Virus record (IMG/VR): IMGVR_UViG_3300002307_000002
Location: 27,266-91,265 of that record
From: a virus
Direction: 5' to 3' (one strand)
Length of the DNA stretch: 64,000 bases
Shown: piece by piece, positions 19,296 through 27,122 of the stretch
How positions within the stretch are numbered: the first letter of the stretch is position 1
Layout: every line of letters begins with the position of its first letter
Made by a program: the position numbers and the translations under genes
The notes under the pieces: generated by a model
What the model saw: only the letters and a program-made list of their open reading frames with translations
Told to the model about the DNA's origin: nothing
The model's database searches: none

Positions 19296-19451
19296 ACGAT
19301 TTCAGGGTCAGAGCGGTAACCAATCCGTGTCATTCCCTGGCCCGACGTCTCAGTGATGAGTAGCCGGGAACAAAAGAGGTTCGACTCCTCAATACCAAAT
19401 CGTACACATGGGTAGTGTGGCGGTGAGGGGTATCAGTGAAAGCCTGACAAG

Positions 19452-19526
19452 TAAACCATAGCTTACAATGGTAGAGCCTCTGACTAATATCAGAGAGATG
19501 TCGGTTCGAATCCGACTGGTTTACCA
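19452..19526 (+). tRNA. tRNA with aberrant anticodon loop (Ile-AAT-like or undetermined)
   Basis: TAAACCA/TGGTTTA acceptor, D-arm GCTT...TGGTAGAGC, T-arm GTCGG-TTCGAAT-CCGAC. Anticodon arm is CTCTGA-CTAATA-TCAGAG with a 6-nt loop. Confidence 0.75.
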
Positions 19527-19728
19527 AGAACAGCAGTATTCATAGGACAACATCTAACGTCTGGGAAGTGGTTCGATGCCATGGGATGGCCAGTTGCTAC
19601 GACTGGTGTCTGAGTGGATGTAGTTATCCAAAGACCGTATGCGTACTAAAGTTGGGTTGAACTGTACGTGAAAGCGTGTGCCAAGGTATGAAACTTACCA
19701 AATAATTACTGTAGCAAGCTGCTGTTCT
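19527..19728 (+). ncRNA. candidate ~200-nt multibranch structured RNA between two tRNA-like elements
   Basis: 10-bp closing stem AGAACAGCAG/CTGCTGTTCT. Internal hairpins CCAGT/ACTGG, TGGAT/ATCCA, ACGT-GAAA-GCGT and GGTA/TACC, plus a T-loop-like GTGG-TTCGATG-CCAT. Confidence 0.5.
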
Positions 19729-19732
19729 ACTT

Positions 19733-19847
19733 GAACTGTTGGTGAAATTGGAAGAGACACAGCCTATTAAGGGGTCGGAGTACAATAGCAAAACCCAAGA
19801 GGTAAACCGAATAACTCCAATTATGGGTTCAAATCCCATACAGTTCA
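19733..19847 (+). ncRNA. enlarged tRNA-like RNA (Leu-type frame, 115 nt)
   Basis: Acceptor GAACTGT/ACAGTTC-A, D-arm GTGAAATTGGAAGAGACAC and T-arm ATGGG-TTCAAAT-CCCAT. The anticodon arm is weak and an extended GGAGT...ACTCC arm follows. Confidence 0.65.
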
Positions 19848-19935
19848 CTTTCAGGTACCGGTTGCGCACACGCTGCAGCCCTGCGCTTTAAAGCCGGTAC
19901 CTCAACTTCTACTTTGTGGTAATCAAGTTAACCAC

Positions 19936-19981
19936 TGTAAGCTGACGCAGCAAAAGCTATGACCGTCAGCTTACATTTTTT
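19936..19981 (+). terminator. terminator closing the RNA cluster
   Basis: TGTAAGCTGACG/CGTCAGCTTACA stem followed by TTTTTT. Confidence 0.75.
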
Positions 19982-20082
19982 CCTTTCGGGCAGAGGCCCA
20001 ATTCCAAACACACAATCTTAATTAACAATCCTCAGCTTGTGAGCTGCAGGATACTTATTTCCTAACACTTAAACATTCAGTT

Positions 20083-20316
20083 ATGCTAATGCTAACATTG
20101 CTTTCAATCAAATTGCCTTTAATGACATTTACCCTGGGCCTGGTTATAGGCTTAATAGCAGGAATTCTTATAACTATTGGGGCTTTCTATGCTGCTCAAC
20201 GAATTAATGAAGATGATGACGGCCAGGATGAAATTGATGGGTATGCTGTACCCATGGACAAAACTTATTTCAAACATCCTCAACCCGCAAAGTATGAACA
20301 CGAAAATGAGAATTGA
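20083..20316 (+). CDS. small single-TM protein with acidic tail
   Basis: FTLGLVIGLIAGILITIG followed by EDDDGQDE. Confidence 0.55.
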   Translation: MLMLTLLSIKLPLMTFTLGLVIGLIAGILITIGAFYAAQRINEDDDGQDEIDGYAVPMDKTYFKHPQPAKYEHENEN

Positions 20317-20649
20317 GGCTGGGCCAGGTACGTGGGAGATTGAATACCATCTTTCTACAAGAACACTACCAGGTACAGTTGTACTGTCTTCAGTACGATA
20401 TAGGCTTGACTGGTTTACTGATGACATACCAGCTTACAGCGATAACATGCTGCCCTATTTTGGGGCGCGTCTTATAATCAAGTTTCAAGACTTAGTAAAA
20501 CAACATCACAAAACAATCAAATAACTAACCACCGGGGGTTCTTAGGCGGGAGCAGACACAGTGAACAGGACATGTGAGCACGAAGTCAGTGAGATAAGAT
20601 AGTGAGGAGCCACCTCAGTCTCCTCCCGGTCGGTTTAAAACTTAATGAA

Positions 20650-20997
20650 ATGGAACAAATAATTAATAATTTAGTACAAAAGTTGATAAGTAAGAACGCT
20701 GAAGATAAGCTTAACAAAGACCTTCAGACTATGAGTAATTCAATGAGAAATAACAAACTGATAGGACACTTTTTATCGGATAAAGTTTACCCTGTTGTAA
20801 GAACTTTTAAACAGACGCCTAATCAAGAAAATGAATGGATAACCAGATCTTTAAGTGAGGTTTTCAATCCAGACCTTGAAGTTATGCAAGGTTTGAAAGC
20901 CTATTGGCTACCCATCTACATTCAAAAAGAGTTGGAAGCCTTCATCCAAAAGGTAGATAGCCTCGCTAACCAAGTTGCTGAACTTCAAAACTTTTAA
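20650..20997 (+). CDS. hypothetical protein
   Basis: Probable start MEQII at 20650. Confidence 0.55.
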   Translation: MEQIINNLVQKLISKNAEDKLNKDLQTMSNSMRNNKLIGHFLSDKVYPVVRTFKQTPNQENEWITRSLSEVFNPDLEVMQGLKAYWLPIYIQKELEAFIQKVDSLANQVAELQNF

Positions 20998-20998
20998 G

Positions 20999-21304
20999 AT
21001 GAGTAACCTTACCAGAGAGAAAAGAATTGCCGCATACAAACAAGTATTAGCAGACCTCGAGAAAAACAGTGTTGCTGAACTTGATAGAGAAGCCAATGGG
21101 ATTTTTGTGTGTAACAGACTGGCTGCAATCTGTAGTATTGGAGGGATAGACGTAGACTTCCCTGAATTTTATGCTCAGAAACCTAAAGTCCTAATACCTG
21201 CATACAATAAAGGCGGTGGATGGTGGAATATGTATCACAAAGCCCCACGTATTGCAGCACTTCAAAAGGCTATCAAATTGGCTGAAAAAGGAGTGTACCC
21301 ATGA
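20999..21304 (+). CDS. tandem paralog 1 of an unknown ~100 aa family
   Basis: MSxLT..R.A.Y...VCNRL...DFPEF..QKP...GGWW...RI.ALQ.AI pattern, shared with the next two genes. Confidence 0.75.
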   Translation: MSNLTREKRIAAYKQVLADLEKNSVAELDREANGIFVCNRLAAICSIGGIDVDFPEFYAQKPKVLIPAYNKGGGWWNMYHKAPRIAALQKAIKLAEKGVYP

Positions 21305-21606
21305 GCAAACTAACAAAACGACAAAGATTGGCTGCTTACAACCGTGTATTACATGAGTTGAAGACATATACTGTAGCACAATTATCTTATAACGGTTCAA
21401 GCGGTGTATTTGTATGCAACAGGCTACGTCAAAGTTTTGGGAAAATTGATACAGAGAGAGATTTTCCAGAATTTTTCAAGCAAAGGCCGGTATGTATCAG
21501 TCGAAAAGCAGAGCAATGTGGAGGCTGGTGGGCAGAAAACAACAAAGCATCTCGTATCAAAGCTCTGCAAAGGGCTATAAAATTATGTGAGGAAGCTGTA
21601 AAATGA
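21301..21606 (+). CDS. tandem paralog 2
   Basis: Same motif pattern; ATGA overlap. Confidence 0.75.
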   Translation: MSKLTKRQRLAAYNRVLHELKTYTVAQLSYNGSSGVFVCNRLRQSFGKIDTERDFPEFFKQRPVCISRKAEQCGGWWAENNKASRIKALQRAIKLCEEAVK

Positions 21607-21919
21607 GTAAATTAACAGTTGAGCAGCGGTTAGCTGTGTATGAGGAAGTACGCTTATTCTATCTTGAGGGCATCAATATTGCCTTTGTCCCTTTTTAGAG
21701 GTGTGTACCCATGCACTTGGATTTGGTGGAAATGGAAGAATACACATCGAAGATTTTCCCGAAGTACTTCAGCAAAAGCCTGAACATGTATCTAAAAGTG
21801 AACGATGGTGGCCCCCTTATCCTTTTAATGAATTTGGGCCAGATTTTATAAAGCCTCGATTAGCTGCTGTAGAGATAGCTATTGAGACATGTAAAAATAT
21901 CAAAGATGATACCGCATGA
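21603..21919 (+). pseudogene. tandem paralog 3, split by a -1 frameshift (programmed or mutational)
   Basis: MSKLTVEQRLAVY... stops at TAG 21696-21698. The -1 frame continues LEVCTHAL...DFPEVLQQKP...RWW...PRLAAVEIAI. Confidence 0.7.
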
Positions 21920-22463
21920 ACATGTATACGATTTCCTGCTTGCAGGAAGGTGTGAGGTGACTTTTCATAACACCTCTACCGGTAACCAGTTTAAAGCTCA
22001 CATCAACGGTTACCCATCCCGCAAAATATCTAAATCCAATTTACCATTCACCGGGTGGACTGTAAGAAACGCCGGTTTCAGAAAGCTCGGATACATACGT
22101 GGTGATGTTTTCATTCCAGAGGGAGAGATAACAGAAGATACACGTCGGTTTAAATGGGTTTGGAACCACATTGTAAACAAAACTATCCCACCTGAGCTTG
22201 AGGTGATGCACCACGGCAGATGTTCTTATTGTAACAGACCATTGACAGATGCTGAGAGTATCAAAGTTGGTATTGGGCCTGTATGCAGGAGTAAGCTGGC
22301 ATTTGGAGAAATCCTGTATGCTAAGTCTTCACCAGCTACTATCGAGGAACCAGTTGAGCCTGCAGAACCCGAAGGAATGTGGGATGGTATTCAAGAATTA
22401 CCTATCACACCTCATGTTACAGCTGATAGCTATACGTGGGATGAGGTGTTTAAAGACTTTTAA
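21906..22463 (+). CDS. DUF6011-like zinc-finger protein
   Basis: CSYCNRPLTDAESIKVGIGPVC motif. Confidence 0.75.
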   Translation: MIPHEHVYDFLLAGRCEVTFHNTSTGNQFKAHINGYPSRKISKSNLPFTGWTVRNAGFRKLGYIRGDVFIPEGEITEDTRRFKWVWNHIVNKTIPPELEVMHHGRCSYCNRPLTDAESIKVGIGPVCRSKLAFGEILYAKSSPATIEEPVEPAEPEGMWDGIQELPITPHVTADSYTWDEVFKDF

Positions 22464-22465
22464 TT

Positions 22466-22726
22466 ATGAAACCATACATGATATTCTTCCGTGAAGTAGA
22501 CCAGGAGCACTTCATCTTCAACGGAGAATGGCCGATAGCTTTTGGCCCTCAGAGCCTGGCTTTTGGAGCAAAGGATAAGAAGACTCCCCCAGACGTGGCT
22601 ATCAGGAATACAGAGCCTCACATTCCATTGCTGAATGAGGTGCTGCATAATCCCCGTAAGAAGACATTCCTGATTAACAAACAACGTTACCAGGTAATAC
22701 ACCGGGCTAAATTCCTTGCAGAATGA
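22466..22726 (+). CDS. hypothetical protein
   Basis: 86 aa ORF in the operon. Confidence 0.5.
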   Translation: MKPYMIFFREVDQEHFIFNGEWPIAFGPQSLAFGAKDKKTPPDVAIRNTEPHIPLLNEVLHNPRKKTFLINKQRYQVIHRAKFLAE

Positions 22727-22947
22727 GTAAAGCATACGACCAGTTTAACACGCAGGTTAAAGAAGGAGATACAATAATCTGGGCTCCTTACAAGTATTTG
22801 TACATCGGTAAAGTTTTGCATATCACAGAAGGTGGGAATATTAAAGTCCGGATGTACAATAAAGTACTGGGCGAGTTTATCCCTAACGGTGTGTCGCTTA
22901 TAAGAACCTGGAGGTACATGGTAATACCGATGGAATTGCCAAAATAG
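22723..22947 (+). CDS. small KOW/SH3-like protein
   Basis: VKEGDTIIW...IGKV; ATGA overlap. Confidence 0.55.
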   Translation: MSKAYDQFNTQVKEGDTIIWAPYKYLYIGKVLHITEGGNIKVRMYNKVLGEFIPNGVSLIRTWRYMVIPMELPK

Positions 22948-23005
22948 TATCTCAGCTCCATAAGCAGTCAGCTGAGTATGGAGAGTTAACCACAATCTTT
23001 GACCC

Positions 23006-23332
23006 ATGGAAGCAATAGCAGTTTATAATGCTGATGAAGGTAAGCTGGTAGCTGTGTTTAATTGTATCAATTTTGCAGCTGAATTCATTTGCCAGAAAGG
23101 CGGGCATAGCTACAGCCATCACAAATCAACGTATGTCTACAATTGTTTGAATGGTAGCGCTCGCAGGATACTTCCAAAAACTTCTGGATTACCCTTTAAA
23201 GCAGCGGTAAGGTACGCCAACAACCAACAGCTTGAGGAATTAGGCACTCAACCTTATATTCTCAAAGACCTCTCATTCAAACAGAAAGTAGAACAGATTT
23301 ACAAATTCACGTTAAACCGTGTATATCATTGA
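23006..23332 (+). CDS. hypothetical protein, possible NUMOD1-like DNA-binding domain
   Basis: IAVYN..EGKLVAVFNCINFAAEF pattern. Confidence 0.5.
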   Translation: MEAIAVYNADEGKLVAVFNCINFAAEFICQKGGHSYSHHKSTYVYNCLNGSARRILPKTSGLPFKAAVRYANNQQLEELGTQPYILKDLSFKQKVEQIYKFTLNRVYH

Positions 23333-23460
23333 GTATGGAGCATGATGTGCAGGGAGAACCTGCAATGGCACGGTAGTCCTTTCCAGGAGTAAGCTGATAA
23401 GTGAGGTTTTAGACGCAGGAACACTTTTTCCCTCACAGCTTTTGAAACACTCATACTCAA
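23329..23460 (+). ncRNA. candidate ~130-nt structured RNA upstream of tmRNA
   Basis: Closing stem TTGAGTATG/CATACTCAA; internal TGCAGG-GAGAA-CCTGCA and AAGCTG..GTGAGG/CCTCAC-AGCTT. Confidence 0.45.
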
Positions 23461-23534
23461 CCTCTTAGCTTTAAGCCGTGACCAGCAACGTAAGTTGAAG
23501 TCTGGCGGGTGACGTGAGACTCGTTGCCCAATTC

Positions 23535-23993
23535 GGGGGTGTACTTGGTATTGACAGCAAGTAATAGACTGGTATCACATGCAAGGCTTGGGAGAGCCAA
23601 ACAACTCCTAAACAACAACTGACACACGTCAAACTGAAGGCGCTGCCATCATCCGTATGGCATTTGCTTCTGAGAAAGCTGTAGCAGCTTAATCAGGTGC
23701 CTGACCAGCATTCTATAAGGTTGATAGTTTGTACGTTCTATCGGGCCAAAAATGTACATCAACAGTTTTCAGCTTCTGTCAAAAGCTGATGGTGGAGTCG
23801 GCCCGCGGGAAACCAACGGCCCCAATTAGTAATCAGAGTGTTTACGAGGTAGTAACGTAATTAAATATATTACTGGCACACCGCAAGGAACAAATTATAG
23901 CCTCAGATTAACCGTGATGGGTAACATCTAAGCATGTAAGAAAGGTATCAGGGTATTCTTGTTTGGACGCCGGTTCGACTCCGGCCACCTCCA
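23535..23993 (+). ncRNA. ssrA: tmRNA (transfer-messenger RNA)
   Basis: 5' GGGGGTG...GGTATTGACAGC and 3' GGACGCCGG-TTCGACT-CCGGC-CACCTCC-A, giving G3:U70 and A73. The internal tag ORF 23621-23692 ends in AVAA-stop. Confidence 0.93.
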
Positions 23994-24021
23994 CAATTAT
24001 CCAACAACTAAAATCAATTTA

Positions 24022-24504
24022 ATGAAATTTACAGTAGACATTGAAGAGTTTTACCTCGAAGGAGGGGAAGAAACTGAAGTAAGTATAGCTAAAGAGCTGC
24101 ATAAAGGGATTGTCCGGGATGTTGTATATCAAATCCGTGAGCAAATCAAAACTCTGGTTAACACTACAATTGAAGCAGAAGCCCGTAACCAAATTATCAA
24201 CACAATGGTTCCTACTATTCAGCTTACGATGGAGGAGTTCATCAAAACTGGTATTGTTAGAGGCCGTTATAGTACAGATCCTCCCAGAACGTATGCTCAG
24301 TTTCTTGAAGACTCAGTTGTTAACAGTAACCCTTGGAGAACAATGGAAGCCTACATTAAGAGCTTAGTTCATACCCAGGCTGAAAAGCTTTCCAAAGAGT
24401 TCAAAGAGCGCTATGATGTAGCGTTTGCGACAAAGCTGGTGATGAGGCTTGGAGAACAAGGCATGTTGAAAGATAATGTTGCTGAGCTTCTGCTCAAGCA
24501 ATAA
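24022..24504 (+). CDS. hypothetical protein
   Basis: True start is MKFT at 24022; the track's extension overlaps the tmRNA 3' end. Confidence 0.65.
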   Translation: MKFTVDIEEFYLEGGEETEVSIAKELHKGIVRDVVYQIREQIKTLVNTTIEAEARNQIINTMVPTIQLTMEEFIKTGIVRGRYSTDPPRTYAQFLEDSVVNSNPWRTMEAYIKSLVHTQAEKLSKEFKERYDVAFATKLVMRLGEQGMLKDNVAELLLKQ

Positions 24505-24578
24505 GCGTTTGGTTTTCGCTATTTGCTCATTACCGCCCTGTGTTTCCACATGGGGCTTTTTACTCTAAACTATTAAGT

Positions 24579-25016
24579 ATGAAGGTGATTTATCGTTGTG
24601 AGCTATGTTCCAATGATTATTATGTAGCTCAACAAGCAGAGAAATGTGAAGCTCGAGGAGTTTTTGATTTTAGCAAGTTTACAGTGGGAATGATGTTTGA
24701 ATATTACCATAGTGGTTTTATAGGAATATTTGCTATACCACCAAATACTGGTGAGCCTCATGGTAACAGGCATCTTGGAACTATATCTTACTGGGCATGT
24801 AGAACTCCCCAGTACATGGGAGACAGTTTAGGCGAATATTTATGCGGAGGAGATTTAGTTTCAAGTGATAGTGAAGCGCTTGCTAAATATATTCAACATC
24901 GCACCGTAGATACTAAACTAAATTGTCCAGAATTTACCCGTATGGTAGATTATTTACGTAGTCAAGGTATAACACCATCTTACTATGACAAAATTGGAGT
25001 TAAGCACATTTTATAA
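24579..25016 (+). CDS. hypothetical Cys-containing protein
   Basis: YRCELC...AEKCE zinc-finger-like N-terminus. Confidence 0.55.
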   Translation: MKVIYRCELCSNDYYVAQQAEKCEARGVFDFSKFTVGMMFEYYHSGFIGIFAIPPNTGEPHGNRHLGTISYWACRTPQYMGDSLGEYLCGGDLVSSDSEALAKYIQHRTVDTKLNCPEFTRMVDYLRSQGITPSYYDKIGVKHIL

Positions 25017-25177
25017 TTTTCCAGATTTACACACTGCTCACCGCGTATCTGGGCCGGATTGAAGCTTTGAAAGCAGCTTTGATAGAACGTAACAGAGTGA
25101 ATTTAAAACCTGATGTTATGCGTGATATTAACTGGGACTAAACCCTGCAAGCAAACATTATTTTCCGCTATGGTGTG

Positions 25178-25208
25178 CCCGTCTCTTAGGAGTAAGAGGC
25201 GGGTTTTT
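25178..25208 (+). terminator. intrinsic terminator
   Basis: CCCGTCTCTTA-GGAG-TAAGAGGCGGG followed by TTTTT. Confidence 0.8.
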
Positions 25209-25266
25209 AATCTCTTTTTAAGGTAGGGGCATTAGTTACCTGCCTAACTTAGTACAATCATAATCA

Positions 25267-25668
25267 ATGAGTTCAGTATCGACCCTACTCAACATCTACG
25301 GTGAAAGCCAGGTTGAGATAGTTTTTAATGACCCAAGCATTTTTGAAGCAGCGAAAGTGCATTTACAGAAAACCATAGAGCCAAAAGTTAGGGCTTATAT
25401 CGAAAGCTTGAACATTCCCGAACGATTGAAGGAAGTTACAGCACTCGATGTATTGGAAAAAACCGAAGTCAATTTCATGCCTAATGCGCTTAGAGAAGCA
25501 CTGGCCACTGAGATTGATAGCCTTACTACAGCTTCTGACGTGCAGAAGACATGGTTATTTACCCATTTCCTGTTTACATTCTATGAAGCTTCTGTGCATG
25601 CGGTGCAAAAGATATTTGCAAAGCGGGCCCAGGAGATTGCCAATAGCAGCAGGATAATCAAACCTTAG
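25267..25668 (+). CDS. hypothetical protein
   Basis: 133 aa ORF. Confidence 0.6.
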   Translation: MSSVSTLLNIYGESQVEIVFNDPSIFEAAKVHLQKTIEPKVRAYIESLNIPERLKEVTALDVLEKTEVNFMPNALREALATEIDSLTTASDVQKTWLFTHFLFTFYEASVHAVQKIFAKRAQEIANSSRIIKP

Positions 25669-25671
25669 TGT

Positions 25672-26088
25672 ATGGATTCACTCCGTGAATTACTGGATAC
25701 TTCCATGATGGAGAAGTGTCCAGCTGAAACTACTATGTACAATCTCATAGGAATTTCAAGAGAAGCACAGGAAGCCTGGATTACTGCAGCTTCTGAGTTA
25801 ATGAAAGAATACCAGGTTGTATTGGATGCTAATGTTCAGCAGATAAGCTATAAAGCAAATGGGGAATATTTACTTATCACACCTTCTATGTATGAAGACT
25901 TAGCTAATTTGGCTGATAAGGAATTTCCCGAGCTGGGTATAGCACAAAGAACGATACTCTGGTGGGTTTCAATGAATTGCTGGGTAAATTTTGCTAATAA
26001 CCAGGCAGCTACCTATGCTTACAAACAACTTATAAAAGACAGGACAAATGGAAACAACGAACAAACCCTTGACACACAAGGAAATTAA
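25672..26088 (+). CDS. hypothetical protein
   Basis: 138 aa ORF. Confidence 0.6.
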   Translation: MDSLRELLDTSMMEKCPAETTMYNLIGISREAQEAWITAASELMKEYQVVLDANVQQISYKANGEYLLITPSMYEDLANLADKEFPELGIAQRTILWWVSMNCWVNFANNQAATYAYKQLIKDRTNGNNEQTLDTQGN

Positions 26089-26383
26089 AGAGCTGAGCAA
26101 AGGTGTGCATGAAACCTCAGGCCCTAACAGGCAGGAGCGCAGAATGGTAAAGCAGGCTATGCCAGGCAACAACCGTAAAGCAACCAAAGGCCGACAGAAG
26201 CAGGTAACTGATATTGTGGCACCTGAAATGAAATTCGGCGAAAAGATACTGGTGCCAACAGGTTTTGTAAGGCGTGTCATTCACCGTGTTGTGGAAGCCA
26301 AGAAGGATAAGGTACGCTCTAAGGTGCTTACCAAAGTGTATGAGGCCCGTAACCCGGTAACAGATAGCGATACCGCTAATTAA
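26048..26383 (+). CDS. basic hypothetical protein
   Basis: K/R-rich with an NRQERR motif. Confidence 0.6.
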   Translation: METTNKPLTHKEIKELSKGVHETSGPNRQERRMVKQAMPGNNRKATKGRQKQVTDIVAPEMKFGEKILVPTGFVRRVIHRVVEAKKDKVRSKVLTKVYEARNPVTDSDTAN

Positions 26384-26404
26384 TTAACAGCTTAAACAAA
26401 TCGA

Positions 26405-26707
26405 ATGTTTGGATTTTTGAAACGAAAGAAAGGAATTGCCCCAACAAACAACGGGGATGGATTGGGATTGGAGCATGCTGTTACTACACCTATGGATTTT
26501 GACTATGTGATTGATCAGTTCAACCATTTGAGTGACAGGGCCAAAGCCACTTTGCTTTACAGACTGGTTGAAGTGATGCCATACAAAGTTGCACATACAT
26601 TTCACACTTACTTAAAAGGGAGGCTGTATGGTAACAGTGATGACAGCAGACCGGAAAAGGTTAATTCTACGGGAAGTAAGAAAGCCTCTGCAGCAAGTAA
26701 GTCCTAA
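26405..26707 (+). CDS. hypothetical protein
   Basis: 100 aa ORF. Confidence 0.55.
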   Translation: MFGFLKRKKGIAPTNNGDGLGLEHAVTTPMDFDYVIDQFNHLSDRAKATLLYRLVEVMPYKVAHTFHTYLKGRLYGNSDDSRPEKVNSTGSKKASAASKS

Positions 26708-27122
26708 TTGGTACAACAGTCTTTACAAATCCTTATCCAATGTCAGATATGCAGCATATAGCAGGAAAGCAGTTCCTGATATAGAAACCCTGAAACTACA
26801 GTTAGAAGCAGACCCTTATATTCACATATACACAATCCTTTCACATTACCCCATATTTTCTCAAGCTGATGAGGAAAACATCAGGTTGGGTAAGCAGTCC
26901 CGTGCATTTCTGGAAGACAGCCAGAGGGTACGGATAGGGGATGATTGGTATATAGATGAGTTCGGCTTTTATGTGTATCTGGTGTCAAGATTAGGATATG
27001 AACAAGACCAGGACAGGCGGTATGACACCCCTGAACCTGAATTATTTAACCTTGAACATGTAGAACATGATATATGTGATAGGAAACCCGACAGAATGGA
27101 TTCCCGAATATCAACCGGGTAA
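26628..27122 (+). CDS. hypothetical protein
   Basis: 164 aa ORF upstream of the polymerase. Confidence 0.55.
   Translation: MVTVMTADRKRLILREVRKPLQQVSPNWYNSLYKSLSNVRYAAYSRKAVPDIETLKLQLEADPYIHIYTILSHYPIFSQADEENIRLGKQSRAFLEDSQRVRIGDDWYIDEFGFYVYLVSRLGYEQDQDRRYDTPEPELFNLEHVEHDICDRKPDRMDSRISTG

Noticed and set aside
19330-19869. Short minus-strand ORFs over the RNA cluster
   Set aside because: They have no protein-like features, and the region is explained by plus-strand structured RNAs.
23395-23448. Hammerhead ribozyme (CTGATAAG...GAAAC)
   Set aside because: The core does not match CUGANGA, GAAA is not adjacent to stem II, and the CTG is tied up in an AAGCTG/CAGCTT stem.
23959-24021. N-terminal extension of ORF 23959-24504
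   Set aside because: It overlaps the tmRNA T-arm and acceptor; ATG 24022 is the likely start.
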